NCBI GenBank assembly: GCA_034723395.1
Contig: JAYEOW010000020.1
Span: 1-43,809, forward strand
Reading direction: 5' to 3'
Length of the DNA: 43,809 nt
Origin: Candidatus Margulisiibacteriota bacterium
Lineage (GTDB): Bacteria; Margulisbacteria; WOR-1; O2-12-FULL-45-9
The notes below the pieces were generated by a model that was given only the letters and a program-made list of their open reading frames with translations, did no database searches and had not been told where the DNA came from. Position numbers and translations under genes: made by a program. This document shows, piece by piece, positions 25,530 through 35,244 of this stretch (positions are counted from its first letter, which is position 1; each line of letters starts with the position of its first letter).

Positions 25530-26795
25530 ATGTCCTCCTTAAAGGAGAAGTTTAAGTCCCTCCCCAATAAACCAGGGGTATATCTTTTTAAAGACAAGAA
25601 CGACCTGGTCATTTACGTCGGCAAGGCAAACGCGCTCCGCAAACGAGTAGCCTCTTATTTTCGAAAACACGATGATATAAAGACCGGGATCCTGCTGGAA
25701 AGACTTTATGATATAGACTATATAGTAACCGGGTCTGAAATGGATGCCTTGGTCCTGGAAGACCAGATGATAAAAAGGTATAAGCCCCGCTATAATGTCG
25801 CACAGCGTGATGATAAAGCTTACCCGCTATTAAAACTTACCGTTAATGAAAAATGGCCGAGGCTTTTGATGGTAAGAAAAAAAGTAAAGGATAAGGCGCT
25901 TTATTTTGGGCGTTTCCGCGGGGGGATGGTGCGGGAGGTTTTAAAATTAATAAAGCGGTTTTTTCCGGTCAGATGGTGCAGGGAGTCGCCGTTAAAAATG
26001 CGGGAGCAGCCCTGCTTATATTATCGTATCGGCAGTTGTTCCGGCCCTTGCATTGGAAAGATAGGGGAGGAAGAGTATAAATCATTAGTTAAGGCCATTG
26101 CCCTGCTCTTAGGCGGGAAGACCGGGAATGCGCTTATCAAGCTTAAAGATGAGATGTGGAGGGCATCCAAAAAACAGGATTATGAAAAGGCCTCCTATTT
26201 AAGGGACAGGATCAAAGCTTTTGAAAAGATGATGGAAGGGAAAGCTCTGCACAAGAATCCTTCTCCCCGACTGCTGAGTGAAGTCAAAGAGCTGCAAAAG
26301 GCGTTAAGGCTAAAAAAGGCTCCGATGCGGATCGAGGGATTCGATATCTCCAATATCAGCGGAACGAATCCGGTCGGCTCGATGGTTACATTCTACGGGG
26401 GGCTTCCCCTTAAAGATGAATATCGAAAATTTAAAATCATATCTACCAGAGAAAGACCGGATGATGTAGCTTCAATTTTTGAGGTCGTAAAAAGACGTTA
26501 TACCGGGGCGCTATCAAAAAAATTAAGCCTTCCCGACTTGATAATGGTCGATGGGGGGAAGGGGCAGGTCGAGTCTGGGCTAAAGGCTTTAAGAGAGGCG
26601 GGACTATCGAAAATTCCAATTATCGGGTTGGCAAAAAAGGAGGAGGCGATTTATCGCGCTGGAAAAAACCGGCCGATCTCACTTTCAAAACGATCGGAAG
26701 CACTTAAATTACTACAACGGATACGCGATGAGGCGCACCGTTTTGCGATCGCTTTCCACCGGCAGAGAAGGCGAAAAGGGATGGTCGCCGGTTAA
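25530..26795 (+). CDS. uvrC: Excinuclease ABC subunit C (short form lacking the C-terminal HhH)
   Basis: PGVYLF..IYVGKA GIY-YIG domain, a UVR coiled coil, RIEGFDISN, PDLIMVDGGKGQ and RDEAHRFAI. Confidence 0.9.
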   Translation: MSSLKEKFKSLPNKPGVYLFKDKNDLVIYVGKANALRKRVASYFRKHDDIKTGILLERLYDIDYIVTGSEMDALVLEDQMIKRYKPRYNVAQRDDKAYPLLKLTVNEKWPRLLMVRKKVKDKALYFGRFRGGMVREVLKLIKRFFPVRWCRESPLKMREQPCLYYRIGSCSGPCIGKIGEEEYKSLVKAIALLLGGKTGNALIKLKDEMWRASKKQDYEKASYLRDRIKAFEKMMEGKALHKNPSPRLLSEVKELQKALRLKKAPMRIEGFDISNISGTNPVGSMVTFYGGLPLKDEYRKFKIISTRERPDDVASIFEVVKRRYTGALSKKLSLPDLIMVDGGKGQVESGLKALREAGLSKIPIIGLAKKEEAIYRAGKNRPISLSKRSEALKLLQRIRDEAHRFAIAFHRQRRRKGMVAG

Positions 26796-26836
26796 CCTTG
26801 TTTTGCCCCTATTGATTATGTTATTATTTAACCTTC

Positions 26837-27949
26837 ATGAGGATAATCGCCGCTTTTCTCCTGCTAATATTTACCTGCTCAGTAGGTTTTTCCGTTGAGC
26901 CGGTGGGCGAAGAGCAAAAACTGAGGATATTGAAGAAAAAGCTGCAAGAAAGCAAAAAAGAGCTGCAGAGAGCGAAAAAGGAAGAACAGGCCGCGTTAGG
27001 AGAGCTGGCGATAGTAAGGAAAGATCTGAAAAGGACAAAAAACAATCTTTACCTGACCACCAGCAAGATAAAAACGAATGAAGAACAGATCCATGATCTG
27101 ACCGCCGAATTAAACGAGACGGTTGGGGGATTGTTAAAAAAAGAGAAAAAGCTCGGTGGCCGGATGAGGGAGATCTATAAGAGCAACGGGCTGAATTATT
27201 TGGAAATAGTTTTGACCTCCTCGTCCATGTCAGACTTTTTGAACCGGGCGTATTTCTTTGGTAAAATAATTGAATATGATTCAAGGCTTGTCCAGGAGAT
27301 CAGGGCCGAAGCGAAAAAGGTAAGGATCAAGCGGGCGCTGATCGAAAATAAGACGCGAGAAATAAAAGGTTTAGCGCGTGTTTTTTCTAAGAAAAAAAGA
27401 GAGTATTCTGCCCAGGCCCAGCAGAAGAATAAGGTTTATAAAGGATTAAAGCAGAGAAGAAAAGAGTACGAAGCCAGGATTGCGGAGCTCGAGAAAAGTT
27501 CCAAGGACCTTGAGGTTTTGATCTTAAAGAAAATTGCGGCCCGCAAAGGGAGCAGGGTTTTAGGGAGCGGAGTGATGGGGTGGCCTGCCAAGGGGAGAAT
27601 AACTTCCCGCTTTGGTTATCGGCGCCATCCAATATGGGGCGGCAGGAGTTTTCACACTGGCTTGGACATTGCGGCAAAGTATGGGACATCGGTAAAAGCG
27701 GCCGATTCGGGAGAGATTATTTTTGCCGGTTGGTGGGATGGATACGGCAAGGCGGTTGTAGTTGACCACGGCAGAAAAACAACTACGGTTTATGCGCATT
27801 TGTCCCGGATCTATAAGAAGGTTGGGGCGGTGGTCGCAAAAGGGCAGGTTATCGGCTTGATCGGGAGTACCGGATATTCGACTGGAGCGCACCTGCATTT
27901 CGAGGTCAGGAAGAATGGCAAGCCGGTGAACCCAATAAAGTTTTTGTGA
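26837..27949 (+). CDS. EnvC-like coiled-coil M23 family peptidase
   Basis: Signal peptide, long coiled coil, and HTGLD and STGAHLHFEV zinc motifs. Confidence 0.92.
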   Translation: MRIIAAFLLLIFTCSVGFSVEPVGEEQKLRILKKKLQESKKELQRAKKEEQAALGELAIVRKDLKRTKNNLYLTTSKIKTNEEQIHDLTAELNETVGGLLKKEKKLGGRMREIYKSNGLNYLEIVLTSSSMSDFLNRAYFFGKIIEYDSRLVQEIRAEAKKVRIKRALIENKTREIKGLARVFSKKKREYSAQAQQKNKVYKGLKQRRKEYEARIAELEKSSKDLEVLILKKIAARKGSRVLGSGVMGWPAKGRITSRFGYRRHPIWGGRSFHTGLDIAAKYGTSVKAADSGEIIFAGWWDGYGKAVVVDHGRKTTTVYAHLSRIYKKVGAVVAKGQVIGLIGSTGYSTGAHLHFEVRKNGKPVNPIKFL

Positions 27950-27965
27950 TGATTAGGAGGGTAAA

Positions 27966-29153
27966 ATGAGAATTAACAAGCTGTTTGTGTGGGTCGGGAT
28001 AGTTTTGGTCGGGACGTTTTTAGTCGGTCAGGTGGTTGCCCAGAGTGGGTTAGAAAGAAAGCTGGAGACTTATCTCCAAGTCTTGGATATTGTTAAGCAT
28101 GATTACGTCGAAAAAGATGTGGACGACCAAAAATTAGTTTACGGTTCGATCCGCGGATTGCTGGCGTCGCTGGATGACCCGTATACCCGCTTTGTTGAAC
28201 CTAAAGCGTATAAAGAGATGAAGATCCGAATGAGCGGGAGCTATTCAGGGATCGGGATCTATATCGGGATGAAAAAGGAGCAGTTGACGGTCATTGCCCC
28301 GATTGACGGCACCCCCGCAGACAAAGCAAGCCTAAAGGCAGGAGATAAGATCGTGACCGTTGATGGACAAAGCACCAAACATATGGCGCTTGAAGAGGCG
28401 GTCAGCCTGATCCGCGGACCGCAGGGGACCAAGGTAACATTAGGGATTATTAGGAAAAAGTGGAAGGAACCAAAAGACGTTGAAATAACCCGCGCTAAAA
28501 TTAAGATAAAACCGCTTAAAACAAAAACCTTGAATGATGATATCGCCTACATAAAGCTTAATACTTTTGAAAACCTTAATTCATCACGCGAGTTCGAAAA
28601 AGCGTTGCGTGGGGCAAAAAATGCCAAAGGCTTAATTGTTGATCTAAGGGGAAATGGCGGGGGATTGCTGCAGAGCGCGATCGATATTGGAAGCATGTTT
28701 ATCGAAAGAGGGGCAATCGTGCAAACGGTTGATCGCGAAGGGAGAAAAGAGCAGATCCCATCTACCGGAAGGGTTATCTGGAGAAAACCGACGGTAGTAT
28801 TAATTGATGGTTCTTCAGCGTCTGCCTCTGAGATCCTGGCAGGTGCGTTGAGAGACAATAAGGTTGCCCCTCTGGTTGGCGCAACAACCTTTGGTAAGGC
28901 ATCGGTGCAAAATGTAAGAAGGCTTAACGATGGTTCGGCACTACTTGTTACAATTGCCAAGTATCTTACTCCAAATGGGGAATATATTAATAAAAAGGGT
29001 ATAAAACCGGACTATGAAGTCCTGCTCCCGACCGAGGAAGCGGAGGCAGAGCTATCGATTGTTCCGGATGAAGATGACGACGAGGATGATATTCAACTGG
29101 ACAAAGCGATCGAGATATTAAAGTCGATGATCGCCAAAAAAGCAAGTGGATAA
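27966..29153 (+). CDS. ctpA: Carboxy-terminal processing protease (S41A, PDZ)
   Basis: LDDPYT, GIGIYI PDZ, DLRGNGGG, SASASEI and TFGKAS motifs. Confidence 0.93.
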   Translation: MRINKLFVWVGIVLVGTFLVGQVVAQSGLERKLETYLQVLDIVKHDYVEKDVDDQKLVYGSIRGLLASLDDPYTRFVEPKAYKEMKIRMSGSYSGIGIYIGMKKEQLTVIAPIDGTPADKASLKAGDKIVTVDGQSTKHMALEEAVSLIRGPQGTKVTLGIIRKKWKEPKDVEITRAKIKIKPLKTKTLNDDIAYIKLNTFENLNSSREFEKALRGAKNAKGLIVDLRGNGGGLLQSAIDIGSMFIERGAIVQTVDREGRKEQIPSTGRVIWRKPTVVLIDGSSASASEILAGALRDNKVAPLVGATTFGKASVQNVRRLNDGSALLVTIAKYLTPNGEYINKKGIKPDYEVLLPTEEAEAELSIVPDEDDDEDDIQLDKAIEILKSMIAKKASG

Positions 29154-30153
29154 AAAGATGCTCGATGTAATAGCGAGAATGCCGGAAATGCTCTTGGATG
29201 CGCTGGAGCGGTCTAAGGCTGTTTCCCTCCCAAAAATAGAGAATATCAGGCAAATTGTTTTTGCGGGGATGGGGGGGTCGGCGGTTTCCGGAGATATTAT
29301 TTCTGATTTGCTGCGAGATAAAATTGATATCCCGATTTATGTAAATAGGGGATATAAGCTCCCTAATTTCATCAATGGGCAGACCCTGGTAATTGCGATC
29401 TCATATTCCGGAAATACCGAAGAAACACTTGCCGCCGTAGAGGAAGCTTCCAGCAAAGGGGCAAAGATCGTTTGCCTTGCATCCGGGGGCAAGTTAAGGG
29501 AGAAAGGATGCCCCCTTGTCCTGGTGCCGCCCGGCTATCAACCGCGTGCCGCGCTCCCGTATTTATTGATCACGGCGCTAAAGGTTTTAGAGTCGGTCGG
29601 ATTGCCGTCGGTGGACGATAACGATATAAAACAAGCCGTAAGGATTTTGCAGAAGTTAAGAAAAGAGATCGGCCCCGGATCTTCGGAAAGGTCGAATACG
29701 CTTAAGCAGCTAGCAAAAAAGATGTTGGGAAAGGTTCCGATAATCCTGGCTGCCTTTGGTACAACTGCCGCCGCCGGACTACGTTTAAAAACACAGTTTA
29801 ATGAAAACAGTAAAATTACGGCCTTGTATAATCTCTTTCCCGAAATGAACCATAACGAGATCGTTAGCTTGGCCGAGCTGGAGAATGGCGAACATGATTT
29901 TTGTTTAATATTTTTACGCGATGAAGATGAAGACCGGCGGGTAGCAAAAAGGATGGATATAACAAAATCATTGATCGGCACAAAATTTGGTGGAGTAAAG
30001 GAATTATTCACAGAGGGAAAGACAAAAACGGCAAAAATATTATCCCTGATCTATCAGGGAGATCTTTTAAGCGTTTATTTGGCAGGGGCGAGAGGAATTG
30101 ATCCGGTACAGGTTGATGTAATCACCAAGCTAAAAAGGGAACTGGCGAGATGA
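29146..30153 (+). CDS. Bifunctional phosphoglucose/phosphomannose isomerase
   Basis: GMGGSA, SYSGNTEET, KTQFNENSK and PEMNHNEI motifs. Confidence 0.93.
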   Translation: MDKKMLDVIARMPEMLLDALERSKAVSLPKIENIRQIVFAGMGGSAVSGDIISDLLRDKIDIPIYVNRGYKLPNFINGQTLVIAISYSGNTEETLAAVEEASSKGAKIVCLASGGKLREKGCPLVLVPPGYQPRAALPYLLITALKVLESVGLPSVDDNDIKQAVRILQKLRKEIGPGSSERSNTLKQLAKKMLGKVPIILAAFGTTAAAGLRLKTQFNENSKITALYNLFPEMNHNEIVSLAELENGEHDFCLIFLRDEDEDRRVAKRMDITKSLIGTKFGGVKELFTEGKTKTAKILSLIYQGDLLSVYLAGARGIDPVQVDVITKLKRELAR

Positions 30154-31220
30154 AAGCAGTAATTATTGCCGGAGGTCTTGGCACCCGGCTGCGCCCTTTG
30201 ACCTATAATACCCCGAAGCCGATTGTCCCAGTGGTTAACCGCCCGTTTGTTGTCCACCAGATTGAGCACTTGGTTAGACATGGAGTGGATGAAGTGATAT
30301 TGAACCTCCATTACCTTTCACATGAGATCAAGAAGGTGCTGGGCAATGGGAGTAAGTGGGGGATAAAAATTCATTATTCAATCGAAGATCACCCCTTGGG
30401 GACCGCGGGCGCGGTAAAAAATGCTGAGCAATTTTTTGACGATGAACCGATGATTGTTTTCAACGGCGACGTTTTAACCGACCTAAATATTTCAAAGCTT
30501 GTTGCTTTCCACAAGGAGAAAAAAGCACGGGTTACATTAACTTTAACCGAAGTAGAAGATCCTACAGCGTTTGGCCTGATCGTAACGGATAAGGATGGGC
30601 GGGTGAAGCAGTTCTTGGAAAAACCATCCTGGAGCATGCTGGAAACAATTGAGGCGCGGACGATTAATGCCGGCACATATATAGTGGACCCAAAAATATT
30701 TAAAGATATTCCTCAAAGGGAGCCGCATTCTTTTGAGAGAGAACTTTATCCGTCGCTGTTGGAGAAAAGGGAGCGGATATTTGGTTATTTAAGCCACGCT
30801 TACTGGCTTGATATTGGGAATCCTCAAAAGTATAAAGAAGCGCACCAGGCGATCTTAAGGAATGAAGTCGCGGTAAAGATAAAAGGGGCCAGGATCAAAG
30901 GGAAGTTCTGGCTGGGACGAGATACTCATCCCGATCCAAGCGTTAGTTTTGTCGGCCCTTCAATTGTTGGAGAGAGGGTAACGATCGGAAAAGAGACCGA
31001 GATCGGCGACTACGTTGTGATCGGGGATAATGTGCATGTCGGGGAACAATGTGTTTTGGACCGCGCCATTGTCTGGAGCGGATGTAAAATCGGCAGGCAT
31101 GTAACTTTAAATGATTGTATAATCGGGTATAATTGTGTGATCGAAGACGAGGTCGTAGTAGAGCATGGGGCGGTAATTGCCGATTCTTCGGTCATTAAAA
31201 AGGGAGCCCGGATAAGATGA
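30150..31220 (+). CDS. NDP-sugar pyrophosphorylase (mannose-1-phosphate guanylyltransferase-like)
   Basis: AGGLGTRLRPLT..PKP, PLGTAG, FLEKP, YWLDIG and C-terminal hexapeptide repeats. Confidence 0.92.
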   Translation: MKAVIIAGGLGTRLRPLTYNTPKPIVPVVNRPFVVHQIEHLVRHGVDEVILNLHYLSHEIKKVLGNGSKWGIKIHYSIEDHPLGTAGAVKNAEQFFDDEPMIVFNGDVLTDLNISKLVAFHKEKKARVTLTLTEVEDPTAFGLIVTDKDGRVKQFLEKPSWSMLETIEARTINAGTYIVDPKIFKDIPQREPHSFERELYPSLLEKRERIFGYLSHAYWLDIGNPQKYKEAHQAILRNEVAVKIKGARIKGKFWLGRDTHPDPSVSFVGPSIVGERVTIGKETEIGDYVVIGDNVHVGEQCVLDRAIVWSGCKIGRHVTLNDCIIGYNCVIEDEVVVEHGAVIADSSVIKKGARIR

Positions 31221-32452
31221 TAAAGCAGGGAGAAATTCAAGCGATCGTTGACCGACAGGCCTTTAAGCTGGATTCCCCAAATGAAGAAACAGTAAAAAGG
31301 ATAGTCGTCGATGTAGAAAAAAATGGCGACGAAGCAGTCTCCAGGTATACACAAGAGTTTGACGGGGAAGAATTTTCCAAAGTTACCCAAGATGAAATCG
31401 AAAAAGCAAAGAGACAAGTAAGTAGAGAGTTTATTAAGTCGCTTTCAAAGGCGATCGAAAATATTACCGCTTATCATCAGAAGCAGAAGCCGGACGAATG
31501 GTTTGAAACCCTTCCGCTGGACGTGGTCCTTGGTCAAAGGGTAGTTCCGCTTTCTAGGGTTGGGATCTATGTCCCTGGAGGAAGAGCGGCATATCCCTCT
31601 TCAGTTTTAATGAACGCGATCCCGGCCAAAGTTGCTGGGGTTCCGGAGATAATCATGGTTTCTCCCCCGCCGATAAGGCCGGAGGTGTTAGCCGCGGCGG
31701 ATATGGTTGGGATATCGTCCATTTTTAAGGTTGGTGGAGCGCAGGCGGTCGCCGCGCTCGCTTTTGGCACCGAGACAGTTCCAAAAACAGACAAAATCGT
31801 CGGCCCGGGAAATATCTATGTAACCTTAGCCAAAAAGATGGTCTTTGGCCAGGTAGGGATCGACAGCCTGGCCGGGCCTTCGAATGTTCTAATTATTGCT
31901 GATCGGGATGCTGAGGCAGAGTTTATAGCGGCCGATCTTTTGGCCCAGGTGGAGCACGATCCGGCGTCCTTTGCGGTTCTTCTAACAACCGCCGAGGAAA
32001 TTGCCGAGAAGGTAGAGGCCAAACTTAACAGCCAAGTAAAGAGGCTAAAACGAAAAGAAATTATAAAAGAGGCGATGATAAAGATATTTATTGTCGATAA
32101 TTTAAAAGAAGCGGTCTCTATTTGTAACCAAATCGCCCCAGAGCACTTAGAGCTTATGGTCGGTTCGCCGCAAAGGATATTAGAACAGATCAAAAATGCG
32201 GGAGCGGTTTTTCTCGGTCCGCACTCGCCGGTCCCGGTCGGAGATTATATCGCCGGACCAAACCATGTCCTTCCCACCGGCGGAACCGCGAGGTTCGCTT
32301 CGCCGCTTGGCGTTTATGATTTTGTAAAAACACAGAGTATCGTCGGATATACGAAGCCGGCATTAAAGAACGTCTGGAAAGATATTAAGCTTTTAGCGGA
32401 AATCGAGGGATTAGATGCTCATGCCCGGGCGATTGATATTAGATTCTCTTAA
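31217..32452 (+). CDS. hisD: Histidinol dehydrogenase
   Basis: GIYVPGG, GGAQAVAALAFG, IVGPGN, QVEHD, APEHLEL and GDYIAGPNHVLPT motifs. Confidence 0.97.
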   Translation: MIKQGEIQAIVDRQAFKLDSPNEETVKRIVVDVEKNGDEAVSRYTQEFDGEEFSKVTQDEIEKAKRQVSREFIKSLSKAIENITAYHQKQKPDEWFETLPLDVVLGQRVVPLSRVGIYVPGGRAAYPSSVLMNAIPAKVAGVPEIIMVSPPPIRPEVLAAADMVGISSIFKVGGAQAVAALAFGTETVPKTDKIVGPGNIYVTLAKKMVFGQVGIDSLAGPSNVLIIADRDAEAEFIAADLLAQVEHDPASFAVLLTTAEEIAEKVEAKLNSQVKRLKRKEIIKEAMIKIFIVDNLKEAVSICNQIAPEHLELMVGSPQRILEQIKNAGAVFLGPHSPVPVGDYIAGPNHVLPTGGTARFASPLGVYDFVKTQSIVGYTKPALKNVWKDIKLLAEIEGLDAHARAIDIRFS

Positions 32453-33110
32453 TTAATTCCTGGGGATTGTCCCGAACAACCGTAATTGCTTTTTTTTTGC
32501 TTAGTCCAGCAGCTTTGGCAACCTTTAATGCCCCTTCCTGGTTTACCAGATCTTTTTCGGAGTGGGCGTCGGTATTGACTAGAAGTTTTGCCCCCGTTTT
32601 TTTTGCTATCTTTGCCACATGCTTGTTCCCCTTTTGATGCCCTTTTCTGGCAGAGAGCTCAAGATAGATGTTGTTTAGGGCAGCTAAGTTCGCATCTTCT
32701 TTATTGATCCATCCTGGATGAGCAAGAATATCGACCAGGCCTTTTAGCTGCAGGGCGGCGTGATTGGTCCCTTTGGGCACCGGCTCTACCGGCGATTCGC
32801 CATGGACAATAATAATTTTTGCGCCAAGGTCTCGCGCTCTTTTCGCATACTGTTCGATAAGCTCGGGAGCAAGGTAGCTGATCTCAACTCCGGGGATGAC
32901 TTTAATAGGAAGATATTTCCCCTCTTCTTTAACGTATTTAGTGATTGCAGAGAGGGCCTGTTCAAGGTTTGAAGAGTCAACATGGTCGGTTATTGCAATT
33001 GCGGAGTGATCTCTGGCTGCGGCCTCCCAAACCAATCCGCCGGGCAATAAAACGCCGTCACTAAAAATGGTATGGGAGTGAAGCTCTATTCGCTGGCCGA
33101 ACTCTTTCAT
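32439..33110 (-). CDS. PHP-family phosphoesterase (histidinol-phosphate phosphatase-like)
   Basis: LHSHTIFSDG, AITDH, VHGES, DILAHPG and NTDAH motifs. Confidence 0.88.
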   Translation of the reverse strand: MKEFGQRIELHSHTIFSDGVLLPGGLVWEAAARDHSAIAITDHVDSSNLEQALSAITKYVKEEGKYLPIKVIPGVEISYLAPELIEQYAKRARDLGAKIIIVHGESPVEPVPKGTNHAALQLKGLVDILAHPGWINKEDANLAALNNIYLELSARKGHQKGNKHVAKIAKKTGAKLLVNTDAHSEKDLVNQEGALKVAKAAGLSKKKAITVVRDNPQELIKRI

Positions 33111-33220
33111 TTTGCCGAGGACGAAGATTTAGCCGTCTTTCTTAACAGGCCTTTCTTGCGGCGTGTCTCTTTTTTTCTCTTCTGGCGCCTCTTTATCTCT
33201 TGTTTTCTGGTGCGAATCAT
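33107..33220 (-). CDS. Small basic protein, 37 aa (MIRTRKQEIKRRQKRKKETRRKKGLLRKTAKSSSSAK), not in the ORF track
   Basis: Exactly fills the miaA-PHP gap, with ATGA overlaps at both ends. Confidence 0.75.
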   Translation of the reverse strand: MIRTRKQEIKRRQKRKKETRRKKGLLRKTAKSSSSAK

Positions 33221-34134
33221 ATGTCATTAATATAGTCTAAAACCGCCGAGGTGTCAACCTGCCTGTCCGGCAGGCAGGTTGGAGCGTCGAACCATTTAAC
33301 GTCTTTAAAGCGCCTGAACCAGGTCATCTGCCGCCGGGCAAAATGGCGGGTTTGTTTCTTTAATTCTTCGATCATTTTTGCTTTGTCCCATTTCTCATCC
33401 AGATATTTACAGGCCTCTTTGTAGCCTAAGGCTTGAAACGACTTGAGATCTTTGGAATATCCTTTTGCCAATAGGTTTTTGACCTCTTCAATGAGCCCCT
33501 TTTCGATCATTTTGTCTACTCGTTCCTCGATTCGCCTGTATAATTCTGGGCGGGGGAGGTTGAGACCGATTAAAATATAGTCCTCTAGTCTCTGGCCTTG
33601 AGTCCTAGAGCCTTTAGCCTGGTCCGAAATCGGAACCCCGGTTAGTTCGAAAACCTCAAGCGCGCGGAGAATTCGTTTTTTGTCGTTGGCGTGGATCTTT
33701 TCCGCCGCCTTTGGATCAACTTCCTGTAATTTTTTATAAAGTTTATCCAACGGTTCTTTGCTTAATCTTTTTCTGAGCTCCGGATCAGCCTCAACGAGAG
33801 GAAAAGAGTAACCTTCGAGTAACGACCAAAGATATAGGCCCGTTCCGCCGACGATAATTTTTTGAGGAGGTTTAGAAATTAATTGTTTTGTTTGATCGAT
33901 AAAATCAGAAACTGTCCATTCCTCGTCCGGATTACGAATGTCGATCAGGTGATGGGGAACTCCTTGCCGCTCTTCCTTGGTTGGTTTTGCGGTCCCGATA
34001 TCCATTCGGCGATAGACCTGCATCGAATCGGCGGATATTATTTCGCGAACAAGCTTTTTTGCGAGTTTGATAGCAAGTTTTGTTTTTCCGGCAGCGGTGG
34101 GGCCGAGGATAACGATGGTTTTAGCGGCGGCCAC
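33217..34134 (-). CDS. miaA: tRNA dimethylallyltransferase
   Basis: GPTAAGKT, ISADSMQVY..MDIGTAKP, VGGTGLY and FARRQMTWF motifs. Confidence 0.97.
   Translation of the reverse strand: MAAAKTIVILGPTAAGKTKLAIKLAKKLVREIISADSMQVYRRMDIGTAKPTKEERQGVPHHLIDIRNPDEEWTVSDFIDQTKQLISKPPQKIIVGGTGLYLWSLLEGYSFPLVEADPELRKRLSKEPLDKLYKKLQEVDPKAAEKIHANDKKRILRALEVFELTGVPISDQAKGSRTQGQRLEDYILIGLNLPRPELYRRIEERVDKMIEKGLIEEVKNLLAKGYSKDLKSFQALGYKEACKYLDEKWDKAKMIEELKKQTRHFARRQMTWFRRFKDVKWFDAPTCLPDRQVDTSAVLDYINDI
33256..33280. repeat. Palindrome AACCTGCCTG-TCCGG-CAGGCAGGTT inside the miaA C-terminus
   Basis: Perfect 10-bp inverted arms with a 5-nt loop; encodes TCLPDRQV. Confidence 0.85.
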
Positions 34135-34798
34135 GGAGAATTAATAATCGAACTAAATTTAAAATCGCCATCGCGGTGGCGGCAACGTAAGTTAAAGCGG
34201 CGGCGGAGAGGACCTTTCGGGCCATCGGGATCTCTTTGTCCATCAGGTAGCGACCGTTTTGTAATATAGTGATCGCCCTGCTGCTCGCGTTAAATTCTAC
34301 TGGCAAGGTTATAAGAGAGAATCCGACGGCAACGGTAAAAAATAGTATTCCCAAGTCCATAAGCTGCGGGATCTCGCTGATCAATCCGATAAAGAAGAGC
34401 GGAAAAGCGAGCCAGGAGCCAAAATTTGCAACCGGGACGATGCTGCTGCGGATCTTTAACGGGAAATATGCTTTTGCGTCCTGGATTGCATGACCGACTT
34501 CATGTGCGGCGATTCCTAATGCGGCAACAGAGTTGCTGTTATAAATTTCATTTGAAAGCCGTAATGTTTTTGACCGTGGGTCATAATGGTCGGAAAGTGA
34601 TCCGGGGATGGCTTCGATTTTTACATTAGTCATACGTTGATCGTCCAATATATAGCGGGCCAGCTGGGCTCCGGTATAACCGCGTGAACCTGGGACCCTG
34701 GAATATTTTTTATAAGTGCTTTGTACTCTTGATTGGGCAAATAGCGCCAATAACAGAGCAGGGATTACTAAAAGAAATGTAGGATCGTAGAAAAACAT
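34121..34798 (-). CDS. Putative neutral zinc metallopeptidase (YugP/Zn_peptidase_2)
   Basis: LSDHYDP, AAHEVGHAIQ, TLPVEFNASSRA and AAALTYVAA motifs. Confidence 0.93.
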   Translation of the reverse strand: MFFYDPTFLLVIPALLLALFAQSRVQSTYKKYSRVPGSRGYTGAQLARYILDDQRMTNVKIEAIPGSLSDHYDPRSKTLRLSNEIYNSNSVAALGIAAHEVGHAIQDAKAYFPLKIRSSIVPVANFGSWLAFPLFFIGLISEIPQLMDLGILFFTVAVGFSLITLPVEFNASSRAITILQNGRYLMDKEIPMARKVLSAAALTYVAATAMAILNLVRLLILRGRR

Positions 34799-34800
34799 AT

Positions 34801-35232
34801 TTAGTGCTTTTCCTTGGTCTTAATGATCCGGTGCTCGACCTCCCTTAAAGCCTGCAGGGTGATCAGGGTAATTATCGTTGTGGCAATTGCCCCGACATAG
34901 TAGCTGATTCCGCATGCCATTCCGATCGCGGCGGTAACCCAGATGGAGGCTGCGGTGGTAATACCTATTACGCTGCCGCGGGCCTGGACGATCGCCCCCG
35001 CGCCGATAAATCCGATCCCGGTTACGACCCCGGCGGCAATTCTACCTGGGTCAGCCAGGCCGGAGAGCATTAGCATCTCCGCCGAAAGCATCATGAACAG
35101 CGCCGAACCGACCGAAACCAGGATGTGGGTCCTTAACCCGGCGGTCTTCCCCTCTTTTTCGCGCAGCCAGCCGATAAGGCCTCCTAGGATGAACGACAGG
35201 ACCAAATTTATTACAATTGAAAAATCCGACAT
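34801..35232 (-). CDS. MgtC/SapB family membrane protein
   Basis: AGLRTHILV, DPGRIAAGVVTGIGFIGAG and GITTAASIW motifs. Confidence 0.93.
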   Translation of the reverse strand: MSDFSIVINLVLSFILGGLIGWLREKEGKTAGLRTHILVSVGSALFMMLSAEMLMLSGLADPGRIAAGVVTGIGFIGAGAIVQARGSVIGITTAASIWVTAAIGMACGISYYVGAIATTIITLITLQALREVEHRIIKTKEKH

Positions 35233-35244
35233 TGCTGGTACCTC

